This document shows positions 10,127 through 18,768 of a DNA stretch of 64,000 nucleotides, piece after piece. Within the stretch, counting starts at the first letter, position 1. Each line of letters starts with the position of its first letter. The stretch comes from Oscillospiraceae bacterium. GTDB taxonomy: Bacteria; Bacteroidota; Bacteroidia; Bacteroidales; WCHB1-69. The translations under genes and the position numbers were made by a program. The stretch is taken from contig CAVEXN010000001.1 in assembly GCA_963620035.1 (NCBI GenBank), positions 54,792 to 118,791 of the forward strand, read 5' to 3'. The notes under the pieces are model-generated. The model made no database searches and was not told where the DNA came from. It was given only the letters and a program-made list of their open reading frames with translations.

Positions 10127-10561
10127 ATGTTGGAAGTTACCAGTATAGAAAAAGGAATTGTCATTGACCACATCAAGGCAGGCTATGGCATCACGGTTTT
10201 CAACTACCTGCATTTGGACAAGGCCGATTACAATGTGGCATTGATCATCAATGCCTACAGCGAGAAGATGGGAAAGAAAGACATTATCAAAATCAATAAT
10301 GTCATCGATATCAACTACGATTTTCTCGGTCTTATTGACCCGAATGCCACCGTCAACATTATCGAGAACGGAAAAATCATCAATAAGGTGAAACTGGAAG
10401 TGCCGGAGACGATAACGAACATCATTCAATGCAAAAATCCGAGATGCGTCACCTCTGTGGAGCGTTATTTTGACCATGTTTTCCATCTCGTGAACAAGGA
10501 AAAACGTTCGTATCGTTGTGAGTATTGCGATGATATAGTTATTCCGTATCCGAACAAATAA
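10127..10561 (+). CDS. pyrI: aspartate carbamoyltransferase regulatory subunit
   Basis: The 144-aa product lies immediately after pyrB. It has the C-terminal zinc cluster CKNPRC...CEYC. Confidence 0.9.
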   Translation: MLEVTSIEKGIVIDHIKAGYGITVFNYLHLDKADYNVALIINAYSEKMGKKDIIKINNVIDINYDFLGLIDPNATVNIIENGKIINKVKLEVPETITNIIQCKNPRCVTSVERYFDHVFHLVNKEKRSYRCEYCDDIVIPYPNK

Positions 10562-10588
10562 AAAATTTGGTTGTTTAAAAAATAATCG

Positions 10589-10596
10589 TATCTTTG
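10589..10596 (+). promoter_or_regulatory. -7 promoter box (TATCTTTG) for tRNA-Cys
   Basis: An exact motif lies 16 nt upstream of the tRNA 5' end. Confidence 0.5.
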
Positions 10597-10611
10597 CAGC
10601 CTCAAAAAGCG

Positions 10612-10682
10612 GGTCTCTTGGCCGAGTGGTTAGGTACCGGTCTGCAAAACCGTTGACTCCAGTTCGAATCTGGAAGAGACCT
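10612..10682 (+). tRNA. tRNA-Cys (anticodon GCA)
   Basis: The acceptor is GGTCTCT/AGAGACC, the anticodon loop CTGCAAA and the T-arm TCCAG-TTCGAAT-CTGGA. The discriminator is U, as expected for tRNA-Cys. Confidence 0.85.
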
Positions 10683-10781
10683 CTCCCTAAAAGAGGCATG
10701 TCACCTTGATATGCCCCTTTTTTGTTGTCTCAAATTGCCGATCGCTCTGAAAAAATTCTTTGCCCGATAGTGGATTTATGT

Positions 10782-10789
10782 TATTTTTG
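10782..10789 (+). promoter_or_regulatory. -7 promoter box (TATTTTTG) for the nucleotide-sugar dehydrogenase gene
   Basis: An exact motif lies 26 nt upstream of the ATG at 10815. Confidence 0.5.
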
Positions 10790-10814
10790 CCCGCTTTAAA
10801 AAAATAGAATAGAG

Positions 10815-12113
10815 ATGATGAAAAACATCAAAATTGCTGTTGTCGGTCTTGGATATGTAGGGTTGCCTTTGGCACGACTTTTCTCTACAAAATTCAAGAC
10901 TGTCGGTTATGATATGAACCGAAAACGCATAGATGCCTTGATGTCAGGGCATGACGCCACACTCGAAGTTTCTGACGAACTGTTGCAAGATGCCATCCAC
11001 AAAAACGGGTTCCGTTGCACTACGTTTCCGGAGGACTTGCTCGACTGCAACTTCTTTGTGGTGGCAGTGCCTACGCCGGTTGACGAGAATAACCGTCCGG
11101 ACTTGATGCCGCTGTGGAGAGCTTCTGAAACTGTGGGCAAGATTTTCAAAAAGCAGCGTGAAACAGGAAACCAGGAAAAGCCCGTGGTGGTTTATGAGTC
11201 CACCGTTTATCCGGGCGTTACCGAGGAGGAGTGTCTGCCGGTGGTCGAAAAGGTGTCTGGCCTCCGCTTTAATGTGGACTTCTATGCCGGCTATTCGCCG
11301 GAAAGAATCAATCCAGGCGATAAAGAGCACACGGTGGAGAAAATCCGCAAAGTGACTTCAGGTTCCACACCCGAGATAGCCCAACTGGTGGACGATGTCT
11401 ATAACAGCGTTTTGGTGAACGGCACGCACAAAGCACCCAGCATAAAAGTGGCGGAAGCCTCCAAAATCATTGAAAATTCGCAGCGTGATGTGAACATTGC
11501 CTTTATGAACGAATTGGCCAAGATTTTCAATGCAATGGGTATCGATACGCATGATGTGATTGAGGCCGCTTCCAGCAAATGGAACTTCATCAAGTTGAGC
11601 CCCGGGCTTGTAGGCGGTCACTGCATTTCGGTCGATCCCTATTACCTGATACAGAAAGCGCAGGTTTATGGTGTTTTGCCACGCGTGATGAGCAACGCAC
11701 GCCGCCTCAATGACGGCATGGGCGCATACGTGGCTAACCAGACCATAAAGTGCATGAACAAAAAAGGAATCCTTGTCAAGGATGCTAAAGTGCTGATTCT
11801 CGGCATTACATTCAAGGAGAACTGCCCGGACATCCGCAACACGAAAGTGGTCGATATTTACCACACTTTGACAGAATATACCCATAATATTACCGTTTAC
11901 GACCCCTGGGCAAATCCTGACAAGGTTCTTGATGAATATGACATCGCCATTTGTAGCCAAATGCGTCAAGGCGAACAGTTTGATGCCGTCATTTTGGCTG
12001 TAGCCCATAAGGATTTCCTTGACCTTGACCTCCGTTCACTCGTAAAGGGAAACGGCGTGGTATATGATGTCAAAGGCGTTCTTGCAAGAGATTTGATTGA
12101 TGGCAGGCTATAG
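10815..12113 (+). CDS. nucleotide-sugar dehydrogenase (UDP-glucose/GDP-mannose dehydrogenase family; TviB/WbpO-like UDP-N-acetyl-hexosamine 6-dehydrogenase)
   Basis: It has an N-terminal Rossmann segment (IAVVGLGYVGLPLA), a catalytic Cys context (VGGHCISVDPYYL) and is 432 aa long. Confidence 0.85.
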   Translation: MMKNIKIAVVGLGYVGLPLARLFSTKFKTVGYDMNRKRIDALMSGHDATLEVSDELLQDAIHKNGFRCTTFPEDLLDCNFFVVAVPTPVDENNRPDLMPLWRASETVGKIFKKQRETGNQEKPVVVYESTVYPGVTEEECLPVVEKVSGLRFNVDFYAGYSPERINPGDKEHTVEKIRKVTSGSTPEIAQLVDDVYNSVLVNGTHKAPSIKVAEASKIIENSQRDVNIAFMNELAKIFNAMGIDTHDVIEAASSKWNFIKLSPGLVGGHCISVDPYYLIQKAQVYGVLPRVMSNARRLNDGMGAYVANQTIKCMNKKGILVKDAKVLILGITFKENCPDIRNTKVVDIYHTLTEYTHNITVYDPWANPDKVLDEYDIAICSQMRQGEQFDAVILAVAHKDFLDLDLRSLVKGNGVVYDVKGVLARDLIDGRL

Positions 12114-12798
12114 ATCCTCATTCTGGTTGCTTGCGGCTTTCGCTTTTTTGTCCGCAGCCTGTTCAACCCCGAAACAGTTTTCAGACAAAAACGAACTGCA
12201 GAACGGAGACCTTGTGTTTGTAGGCATCCCGTTGGATTATGATATTGGTGATACCACAGATATGGCAGGCGCCATTGCCGCCGCTACCGGACATGAGGAA
12301 CTGCTTCGCTTTATTCACGTAGCAATTCTTGAAAAACAGGGCGATTCTATCTGGATTATCGACGCAACCATCAAACACGGAATCGACAGGCATCCTATAG
12401 ATACGCTTTTCGCTGACTTTACTTTGGAAGATGGCAGTTTGCCGCAGTTTGTCGTGAAGCGTTTGCGCAAGAGCAAGGATGCCGCCCGGTATGTGGAGCA
12501 GTCTAAACATTTTCTCGGCAGGGCATACGATATGGCATTCCTACCTGACAATGATGAGTTGTATTGCAGTGAACTGGTCCGGGATTCTTATATTACAGCA
12601 TCGGGCAAACATGTTTTCAAGGCCGCACCTATGAACTTCAAGTCGCCCGACGGGACTTTCCCTCCTTTCTGGACACATTTTTTTGAGATGATAGGCCAAC
12701 CTATCCCGCAAGGCATCCAAGGCACGAACCCGCAAGATATGTATAAGGAAAAGTGCCTTGTCCCCGTCAATGCCACCCTGACAAAAAAGGCAGACTGA
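12097..12798 (+). CDS. lipoprotein, YiiX-like permuted papain/NlpC-P60 fold (tentative)
   Basis: It has a lipobox (FLSAAC). The segments GDLVFVG ... HVAIL ... WIIDA ... ELYCSELV follow the permuted His...Cys arrangement of YiiX-type proteins. Confidence 0.5.
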   Translation: MMAGYRSSFWLLAAFAFLSAACSTPKQFSDKNELQNGDLVFVGIPLDYDIGDTTDMAGAIAAATGHEELLRFIHVAILEKQGDSIWIIDATIKHGIDRHPIDTLFADFTLEDGSLPQFVVKRLRKSKDAARYVEQSKHFLGRAYDMAFLPDNDELYCSELVRDSYITASGKHVFKAAPMNFKSPDGTFPPFWTHFFEMIGQPIPQGIQGTNPQDMYKEKCLVPVNATLTKKAD

Positions 12799-12839
12799 AA
12801 CGTCCGCCTTTCTGTTCGTGAATCCCGGCTTACGGGTCC

Positions 12840-13409
12840 TTAGTTAAGGTTTCTCACCCACTCGTTCACTTCATCCTGACTGACGCTGTTAAGCAGTTTC
12901 CCGTTTCGCCATTTGATTTCTGGGTAATCCTTTTTGAGAATCTTGACGGAGTTATCGATTCCGTTTCCGCCGGAGGTCATGAACGGGATGACCGTTTTGC
13001 CTTGCAATCCGTATGTCTCAATGAATGTGTTTATGATGCGCGGCGCCATATTCCACCAGTTGGGATATCCCAAATAGATGACATCGTAATCGTTGAGGTT
13101 TTCTTTCTCTTTCACAAAGGCCGGGCGCGATTTGGGGTTGTCGTTCTCTTGACAGCAGCGAGATGTCTTGACCGTCCAGTCTAAGTCGGCCGCCGAGTAT
13201 TCCTTTTCGGGGCGGATGGTGTAGAGTTCCCCGCCCGTGGCAGCGGCCACCATCTTGGCAACGTTTTCAGTAGTTCCTGTCGCAGAGAAATAGGCTACAA
13301 GGGTTTTGCTTTTCTGTTCCATGACCTGGTTTCCTTTCTTTTGCGCACATGCTGTCAAAGTGTTGAACAACAGTGCAAATACGAGAAATGTTTGTGCTGT
13401 ACGTTTCAT
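12840..13409 (-). CDS. flavodoxin-like protein with a lipoprotein signal peptide
   Basis: A signal peptide with lipobox (LFNTLTAC) is followed by VAYFSATGTTE, a flavodoxin-type FMN phosphate loop. Confidence 0.7.
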   Translation of the reverse strand: MKRTAQTFLVFALLFNTLTACAQKKGNQVMEQKSKTLVAYFSATGTTENVAKMVAAATGGELYTIRPEKEYSAADLDWTVKTSRCCQENDNPKSRPAFVKEKENLNDYDVIYLGYPNWWNMAPRIINTFIETYGLQGKTVIPFMTSGGNGIDNSVKILKKDYPEIKWRNGKLLNSVSQDEVNEWVRNLN

Positions 13410-13451
13410 ATTGCTTGAGTTGTGTGGTCTGTGTTTTTTATAATGATAAGG

Positions 13452-13491
13452 AATAAAGAAAAGCCTGACAGAAAAACTTCCGTTCAGGCTT
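13452..13491 (-). terminator. intrinsic terminator after the S46 peptidase gene
   Basis: An 8-bp stem (AAGCCTGA/TCAGGCTT) is followed on the minus strand by a T-rich run. Confidence 0.6.
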
Positions 13492-13513
13492 CTCTTCTCA
13501 AAATAATATGTCC

Positions 13514-15676
13514 TTATTTCTTGATGTCCATTTCGTTGAGCAGGTAGCCGGCCCCTCCGAATTTGTCGATGATGAACAAGACATAGCGGACATCAACGTT
13601 GATGCAGCGTTGCAATGCGGTATTGAACACGATGTCGCTGCTCAGGGCTTCCCAGTTGCCGTCGAATGCCAGTCCGATGAGTTCCCCGTTGCCGTTCATG
13701 ATCGGGCTTCCGGAGTTGCCGCCGGTGATGTCATTGTTGGAGAGGAAGCACACGTGCAGGTCGCCGTCTTTGTCAGCATATTGGCCGAAGTCTTTGTTGA
13801 GGATGAGTTTCTTCAATTGGGCAGGCACGTCAAATTCAGGGTCTCCCGGTTTCTCTTTTTCAAGGATGCCTTTTGTGGTCGTGAAATAGTTGTAGTGTAC
13901 GCCGTCAGCAGGATAATAGTCGCAAACGGTGCCGAAAGTGGTACGCATCGTGCTGTTGGCGTCCGGGTACATCGGTGTCTCGCTGTTCATCTCCTTCAAA
14001 GCGGCGAGGTAGGTACGGCGCGGAACTTCCAGGTTGCTCATGTCTTCATAGATGTGCTGGTTTACGAGCACCACATTGGTCAGCGTTTGCAGATAGAGGT
14101 GGATTGGGTCTTTGTCGAGCACTTTGTTTGAGGGTTTCTTCAAAAAGTTTTCCAGATTCTCTTTGGAGATGAATATGGAACCGGAAAGGGCTTTCTCAAA
14201 GTTGGCTTCACTGCCTTTAAAATGTTGTGCCAACATGCCGTTGAGGTCAGGTCTGTAAGACTCCGGAAGGTTGTTCCAAATCTTCATCGTAGCCATGATG
14301 ATCTTGATTTCTGTGGCGATGTCCTTGTCGCTGTTGGCTTTGTCGTATGCGTCGAGGAGTTTTTGGATTTTCTGGTCGCTGAAGCCCTTTTCACCCTTTT
14401 CGAGGGAGAGGCTGTTGTGAGTGCGCCATGCGGCGATCAGCGTTGAAGAAGCAGAAAGCATCATGTTGGCGTTCATCATAGCCTTGTAAGCATTGCCGTC
14501 GATGCTTTTGCAGATCTTTTCAATTTCCTGAAGACATGTGCCGTAATTGTTCTTGCGGTTGTTGTCAGCGTTAATCCATTGGGTGAGGTTTTTCTCTTGC
14601 AATTGTTTTGTTCCTACTACGTTGAGAGCCTTGAGGCTTGAAACCATACCTTTCTGGTTTTTCCAGTAGTTGGCAAGTCCGGCATATCCGTCGGCATATT
14701 TCAGTCTTACGGCAGCATCTGCATTCATGGCATCGCTGATGACCGGAAGGATGATGTCGAGCGGTTCATAAATGGCGGGTCCGTCGATGCTGATGGCATT
14801 TTCCACTTCAAAAGAGGTCTTGAAACGCTCTGTAGTGCCGGGATAGCCCCAAATCATGGTATAGTCGCCGGGCTGGTAGCCTTTCAGACTGATCGGGAGG
14901 AAATGTTTCGGATGGAAAGGCACGTTGTCTTTGGCGTACTTTGCCGGGGAACCGTCCGGTGCGGTGTAGATGCGGAAGACGGTGAAGTCGCCCGTGTGAC
15001 GCGGCCACATCCAGTTGTCGGTGTCTCCGCCGAACTTGCCGATGGAGCTGGGGGGCGCGCATACCAGGCGAACATCCTCGTAGGTGGTGTAGATGAACAT
15101 ATAGTACTCGTTGCCTTCATAGAAAGGTTTCACCACGACTTTATATCGACCGTCAGCGGAGTTCTCTTTCTGAAGCGTTTTGATGGCTGCGGAAATGGCT
15201 TTGCCGCGTGCCTCTTCGCCCATTTCTTTGGTGACATCCTTCAGAACAACATTGGTGACATCCTCCATCCTTTCGAGGAAGTTGACGTGGAAGTTGACAG
15301 GGAGTTCTTCTTCAAGGCTCATGGCGAAGAATCCGTCTTTCAGATAGTTGTGGTCAACGGAAGAGAGTTCTACGACGGAAGAGTATCCACAATGGTGGTT
15401 AGTGAACATCAGGCCGTTGCGGGAAACCATTTCGCCGGTGCAGAAGCCGTCGCCCAATTGGACGATGGCGTCTTTGAGCGAAGAGTTATTGATGCTGTAT
15501 AGCTGTTCGGGCGTGAGGTGCAGCCCCATTTTCGACATGGTGGCATAGTTGTAGTCCTTGATGAACATAGGCAGCCACATACCCTCGTCGGGCGAGTTCA
15601 CGGAAAATGCAGAGGTGCTGAACACGGCTAACACGGTCAGCAATACGAATTTTTTTAATGAAGATAATACTTTCAT
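13514..15676 (-). CDS. S46 family dipeptidyl-peptidase (DPP7-type)
   Basis: It has a signal peptide, the DEGMWLP motif, catalytic His in TNHHCG and catalytic Ser in GGNSGSP. The product is 720 aa. Confidence 0.9.
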   Translation of the reverse strand: MKVLSSLKKFVLLTVLAVFSTSAFSVNSPDEGMWLPMFIKDYNYATMSKMGLHLTPEQLYSINNSSLKDAIVQLGDGFCTGEMVSRNGLMFTNHHCGYSSVVELSSVDHNYLKDGFFAMSLEEELPVNFHVNFLERMEDVTNVVLKDVTKEMGEEARGKAISAAIKTLQKENSADGRYKVVVKPFYEGNEYYMFIYTTYEDVRLVCAPPSSIGKFGGDTDNWMWPRHTGDFTVFRIYTAPDGSPAKYAKDNVPFHPKHFLPISLKGYQPGDYTMIWGYPGTTERFKTSFEVENAISIDGPAIYEPLDIILPVISDAMNADAAVRLKYADGYAGLANYWKNQKGMVSSLKALNVVGTKQLQEKNLTQWINADNNRKNNYGTCLQEIEKICKSIDGNAYKAMMNANMMLSASSTLIAAWRTHNSLSLEKGEKGFSDQKIQKLLDAYDKANSDKDIATEIKIIMATMKIWNNLPESYRPDLNGMLAQHFKGSEANFEKALSGSIFISKENLENFLKKPSNKVLDKDPIHLYLQTLTNVVLVNQHIYEDMSNLEVPRRTYLAALKEMNSETPMYPDANSTMRTTFGTVCDYYPADGVHYNYFTTTKGILEKEKPGDPEFDVPAQLKKLILNKDFGQYADKDGDLHVCFLSNNDITGGNSGSPIMNGNGELIGLAFDGNWEALSSDIVFNTALQRCINVDVRYVLFIIDKFGGAGYLLNEMDIKK

Positions 15677-15716
15677 TGCTTTGATTTTAATGAAGTTTAT
15701 TGTGATGATGATATTG

Positions 15717-16373
15717 TCAATGATTGTGTTTCGGCACGGAAACTTCGGCAGAGCCCCCGTTCTCTTTTTCGCCGAATATGCGGTTGCTGAAGATGAGCAG
15801 CAACACGATGCCTACCGTTACACAGCAGTCGGCAAGGTTGAAGACGGCAGGGAAAAAGTAAGAACCGCCCCAAAGCGGAAATCTTTCGGGTATCGGGAAA
15901 AGCCGGAAATAAAACATGTCAACTACTTTACCGTAGAAGACCGGAGCGTACCCGCCGCCCTCAGGGAACATGGTTGCGGCGGTTGTGACCGTGCTTTCGT
16001 TGAAGATCAACCCGTAAAACAGACAGTCGAGGATGTTGCCGACTGCTCCTGCCAAAATCAGGCTGAATGTGACCAGAAGCCCCCAGTCCATTTTTCCCTG
16101 CCTGATGAGCCGCAAGATGTACCACACCATAAAGGCTACCAGTGCGATACGCAGCAACGACAACAACAATTTGCCGATGTTCTGTCCGAAACTTAACCCG
16201 AATGCCATACCTTCGTTTTCAATGAAACAGAGGTTGAACCAGTTGCCCAATACAGGAATGGTTTCTCCCAAGGTCATATTGGTCTTGACCAGGATTTTCA
16301 ACAACTGGTCAAGAAACAAGAGTACAAAGATGACGATGCCTGAAGCCAGAAGGTATTTCCTTTGCTTGTTCAA
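15717..16373 (-). CDS. lspA: lipoprotein signal peptidase II
   Basis: It has 4 TM segments, IENEGMAFG and FNLAD motifs. Confidence 0.9.
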   Translation of the reverse strand: MNKQRKYLLASGIVIFVLLFLDQLLKILVKTNMTLGETIPVLGNWFNLCFIENEGMAFGLSFGQNIGKLLLSLLRIALVAFMVWYILRLIRQGKMDWGLLVTFSLILAGAVGNILDCLFYGLIFNESTVTTAATMFPEGGGYAPVFYGKVVDMFYFRLFPIPERFPLWGGSYFFPAVFNLADCCVTVGIVLLLIFSNRIFGEKENGGSAEVSVPKHNH

Positions 16374-16376
16374 AGC

Positions 16377-16763
16377 CTATTTCTTTTTTTCGTTGAGTTT
16401 GGTGTCGATGTCAAGGGTGGCGTGAGGCACTATTCTCAGACGCTCTTTAGGGATGAGCTTGCCCGTGATGCGGTCGATGCCGTAGGTCTTGTTCTCGATG
16501 CGGACCAAAGCCGACTCAAGATTGGCGATGTATTTGTTCAGGCGGTTTGCCAAACGGCTGTTCTCCTCTTTGGAAAGCACTTGATTCCCGTCTTCCAGAT
16601 TCTTGAAAGTGGGTGCGGTATCAATAGTGTCATTGCCGGCACCGGAGTAGGCCTCTTGATAGACTTCCATCGATTTTTTTGCTTCCTCGATCTTTTTCAA
16701 AATGAGCACCCTGAATTCCTCCAGGTCTTCGTCCGAATATCTGTTTGCAATTTGCTCTGCCAT
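16377..16763 (-). CDS. DksA/TraR-family protein, cysteine-free variant
   Basis: It has a coiled-coil N-terminal part, then NKTYGIDRITGKLIPKERLRIVPHATL where the Cys4 finger normally sits. It lies directly upstream of lspA. The start was set at the ATG after the promoter box. Confidence 0.6.
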   Translation of the reverse strand: MAEQIANRYSDEDLEEFRVLILKKIEEAKKSMEVYQEAYSGAGNDTIDTAPTFKNLEDGNQVLSKEENSRLANRLNKYIANLESALVRIENKTYGIDRITGKLIPKERLRIVPHATLDIDTKLNEKKK

Positions 16764-16796
16764 AAAAAATGGTTTTTGTAGGGTTAATAAAAGGCG

Positions 16797-16804
16797 CAAA
16801 GATA
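16797..16804 (-). promoter_or_regulatory. -7 promoter box (TATCTTTG on the minus strand) for the dksA-like/lspA unit
   Basis: CAAAGATA on the plus strand lies 34 nt upstream of the ATG at 16763. Confidence 0.5.
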
Positions 16805-16818
16805 AACTTTTTTCCTGA

Positions 16819-18126
16819 TTATTGTTTTATAAGTTTGAAAACTTGCCGAGGCAGTTTCTTCCCGGTCGCCTTGAGGATGTATATGCCTTTAGGAAAGATG
16901 AAAGGATAGTCTAACCTGCAAGGCTGTGTGGACAGATGTGCTGTGTGGACAGCAAGTTTTTTCCCGTCAACGGAAAACAGCTCGAATGTGCAGGCATCTT
17001 CCACAAGGCTTTGAACATGTATGGTCAGTTTGTCGGTCACGGGGTTCGCTGCTTTCATATAACATAACGTCGCTTGTTCTGCGTTCCCGGTACTTTCGTC
17101 TATGGCAAACTCGGTGATGATCGGCAGATGGTCTGACTGCCGGTAAAGGGCATCGAGTACATTTTGGGGCAGTGAATTGTTTTCAGGCTGGACGAGCGAA
17201 TTGTTGAAATGCTCGCCGTCTTGTCCCAACGCATAATAGGTCCCGGGCAGCACCTGCACGCCATAACTGCCGTAATAGACGTACGGAGAAACCAGGATGA
17301 AGTCGAACCGGTCGTCCAACCCTCCTGTGGAGAAACAGCCGTTCGACTCGTAAGAGTGGGTTGACTGGGTGTGGATGTCAGCAAACTGGCCGTTGTTGTT
17401 CCATTCGCCCGCCCGGTCTATGGGGTCGTACAGGCGAAAAAGACTGTTTGAGTAGTTCACCATCTCCTGATACGCCGGTTCCGAATCGCGGTAGATGTTG
17501 AAATCTCCGGAAACAACGAAGTTGCCCGGAATCCCGGACGAGGAGATGCGTTCCATCAGTCGCTGCACCTGTGTGTGTCGGGCCGACTGTGCCGACTCGT
17601 ATTGGCCGGCTTTCAGGTGCATAATCCAAAATGTGATGAAAGTGCTGTCTCCGTTAGACATACCGCCGTTGACGTACATTTTGTACCCGTTGATGTCGCG
17701 GTATTGGGTCGTGATATAGTAGGAGTCGCACAGGGTGAGTTTCACCGTGTCATAGTAAATCATGTTGGCAATCGTTCCGCCGGAATAGTGGGTGAGCGGG
17801 CCGCGTTTGTAGCGGTTGATGCCGTTGATGTTGATGACGTTGTTGAGAATCCTTTCCGCATACGTCTCGTCGCTTCCGATTTCGCAAACGCAGAACACGT
17901 CAGGGGTGACATGATGGAAGATGGTCCGAAGGCAGCTGTCTTTCGTGTCGAGGTTGTTGGTGGAAGGTGTGCAGCCTGTGACCCCGGAGTTGTTCGTATA
18001 GTACATCAGATTGTACTGCATCATCTTAAGGTTTCCTTGGGCGGCGGCGGACAAGCAGATGAGAAAGGTCAGCAGAAACGGCAGTGTTGTTGTGCCGAAG
18101 AGCGGCTGTTTATGAGAAGTTGTCAT
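16819..18126 (-). CDS. endonuclease/exonuclease/phosphatase (EEP) family protein with a T9SS C-terminal sorting domain
   Basis: EEP motifs VFCVCEI, SGDFNIYRD and QSDHLPI are present. The C-terminal ~80 aa (KLTIHVQS ... IYILKATGKKLPRQVFKLIKQ) look like a Por/T9SS CTD. An alternative start exists at 18171. Confidence 0.75.
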   Translation of the reverse strand: MTTSHKQPLFGTTTLPFLLTFLICLSAAAQGNLKMMQYNLMYYTNNSGVTGCTPSTNNLDTKDSCLRTIFHHVTPDVFCVCEIGSDETYAERILNNVININGINRYKRGPLTHYSGGTIANMIYYDTVKLTLCDSYYITTQYRDINGYKMYVNGGMSNGDSTFITFWIMHLKAGQYESAQSARHTQVQRLMERISSSGIPGNFVVSGDFNIYRDSEPAYQEMVNYSNSLFRLYDPIDRAGEWNNNGQFADIHTQSTHSYESNGCFSTGGLDDRFDFILVSPYVYYGSYGVQVLPGTYYALGQDGEHFNNSLVQPENNSLPQNVLDALYRQSDHLPIITEFAIDESTGNAEQATLCYMKAANPVTDKLTIHVQSLVEDACTFELFSVDGKKLAVHTAHLSTQPCRLDYPFIFPKGIYILKATGKKLPRQVFKLIKQ

Positions 18127-18145
18127 AGTACTGGACGTTACAAGT

Positions 18146-18748
18146 TTATTTCCATTGAAAAGTGTTGACAAAATGCAGGGCGTCTTCTCGCAGGTATTTG
18201 ATTACAGGTTCCAGAGAGTCATTGTTGGGCGTAAAATTGAAATACAGGGATCCGCGCAGGAAATGATGCGAGCTGTCGGTCATCCAGAAAATGAAAGGCG
18301 TGGCGACATCACGCCCCTCGATGTCATAAATCTGTCCCCAAAGCCGGGAGTCTGCATCTTTGATGATGGAGTACTCGACATCTTCAGCTTTCTGAAAGTG
18401 AAATTTCACCATCTTGTCTTCACGGATGATGAGGTCGCGCAGACTGTCGGCGTTCCTGATAGGGAGATAGGTGAGTTTCAGGGTCGCATTCATGGCGGGG
18501 TATTCTAAATCTATCCAACAGGATCCCCCCTCTTTCGGAAAAACGGCAACGTTTGTCTCGGCGGAGTGTTCAAACAGGAACGGCAGTGCCGTGTCCGTAC
18601 AAACATAGCGGTGTTCTGGAATGTCGATGCGGAAATAGGCCACGGGTTTCGGGGTCTCGTTGCCCGTCTTGCGGCCGCACGCCCATAGCATAACGGTCAG
18701 GCAGAACAGCAGACAGCACAGAAAGGCTGGTCTTTGAAATCGGAGCAT
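18146..18748 (-). CDS. gldD: GldD-like lipoprotein
   Basis: It has a lipobox (VMLWAC). PKPVAYFRIDIPEH ... LKLTY ... FWMTDSSHHFLRGSLYFNFTPNNDSLEP ... FQWK follows the GldD pattern as I recall it. Confidence 0.5.
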   Translation of the reverse strand: MLRFQRPAFLCCLLFCLTVMLWACGRKTGNETPKPVAYFRIDIPEHRYVCTDTALPFLFEHSAETNVAVFPKEGGSCWIDLEYPAMNATLKLTYLPIRNADSLRDLIIREDKMVKFHFQKAEDVEYSIIKDADSRLWGQIYDIEGRDVATPFIFWMTDSSHHFLRGSLYFNFTPNNDSLEPVIKYLREDALHFVNTFQWK

Positions 18749-18768
18749 CGGCTATGGTAGAGGTTCGG

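Noticed and set aside
10112-10699. A 195-aa minus-strand ORF covers pyrI and tRNA-Cys.
   Set aside because: It overlaps a well-supported pyrI and a tRNA gene and has no family resemblance.
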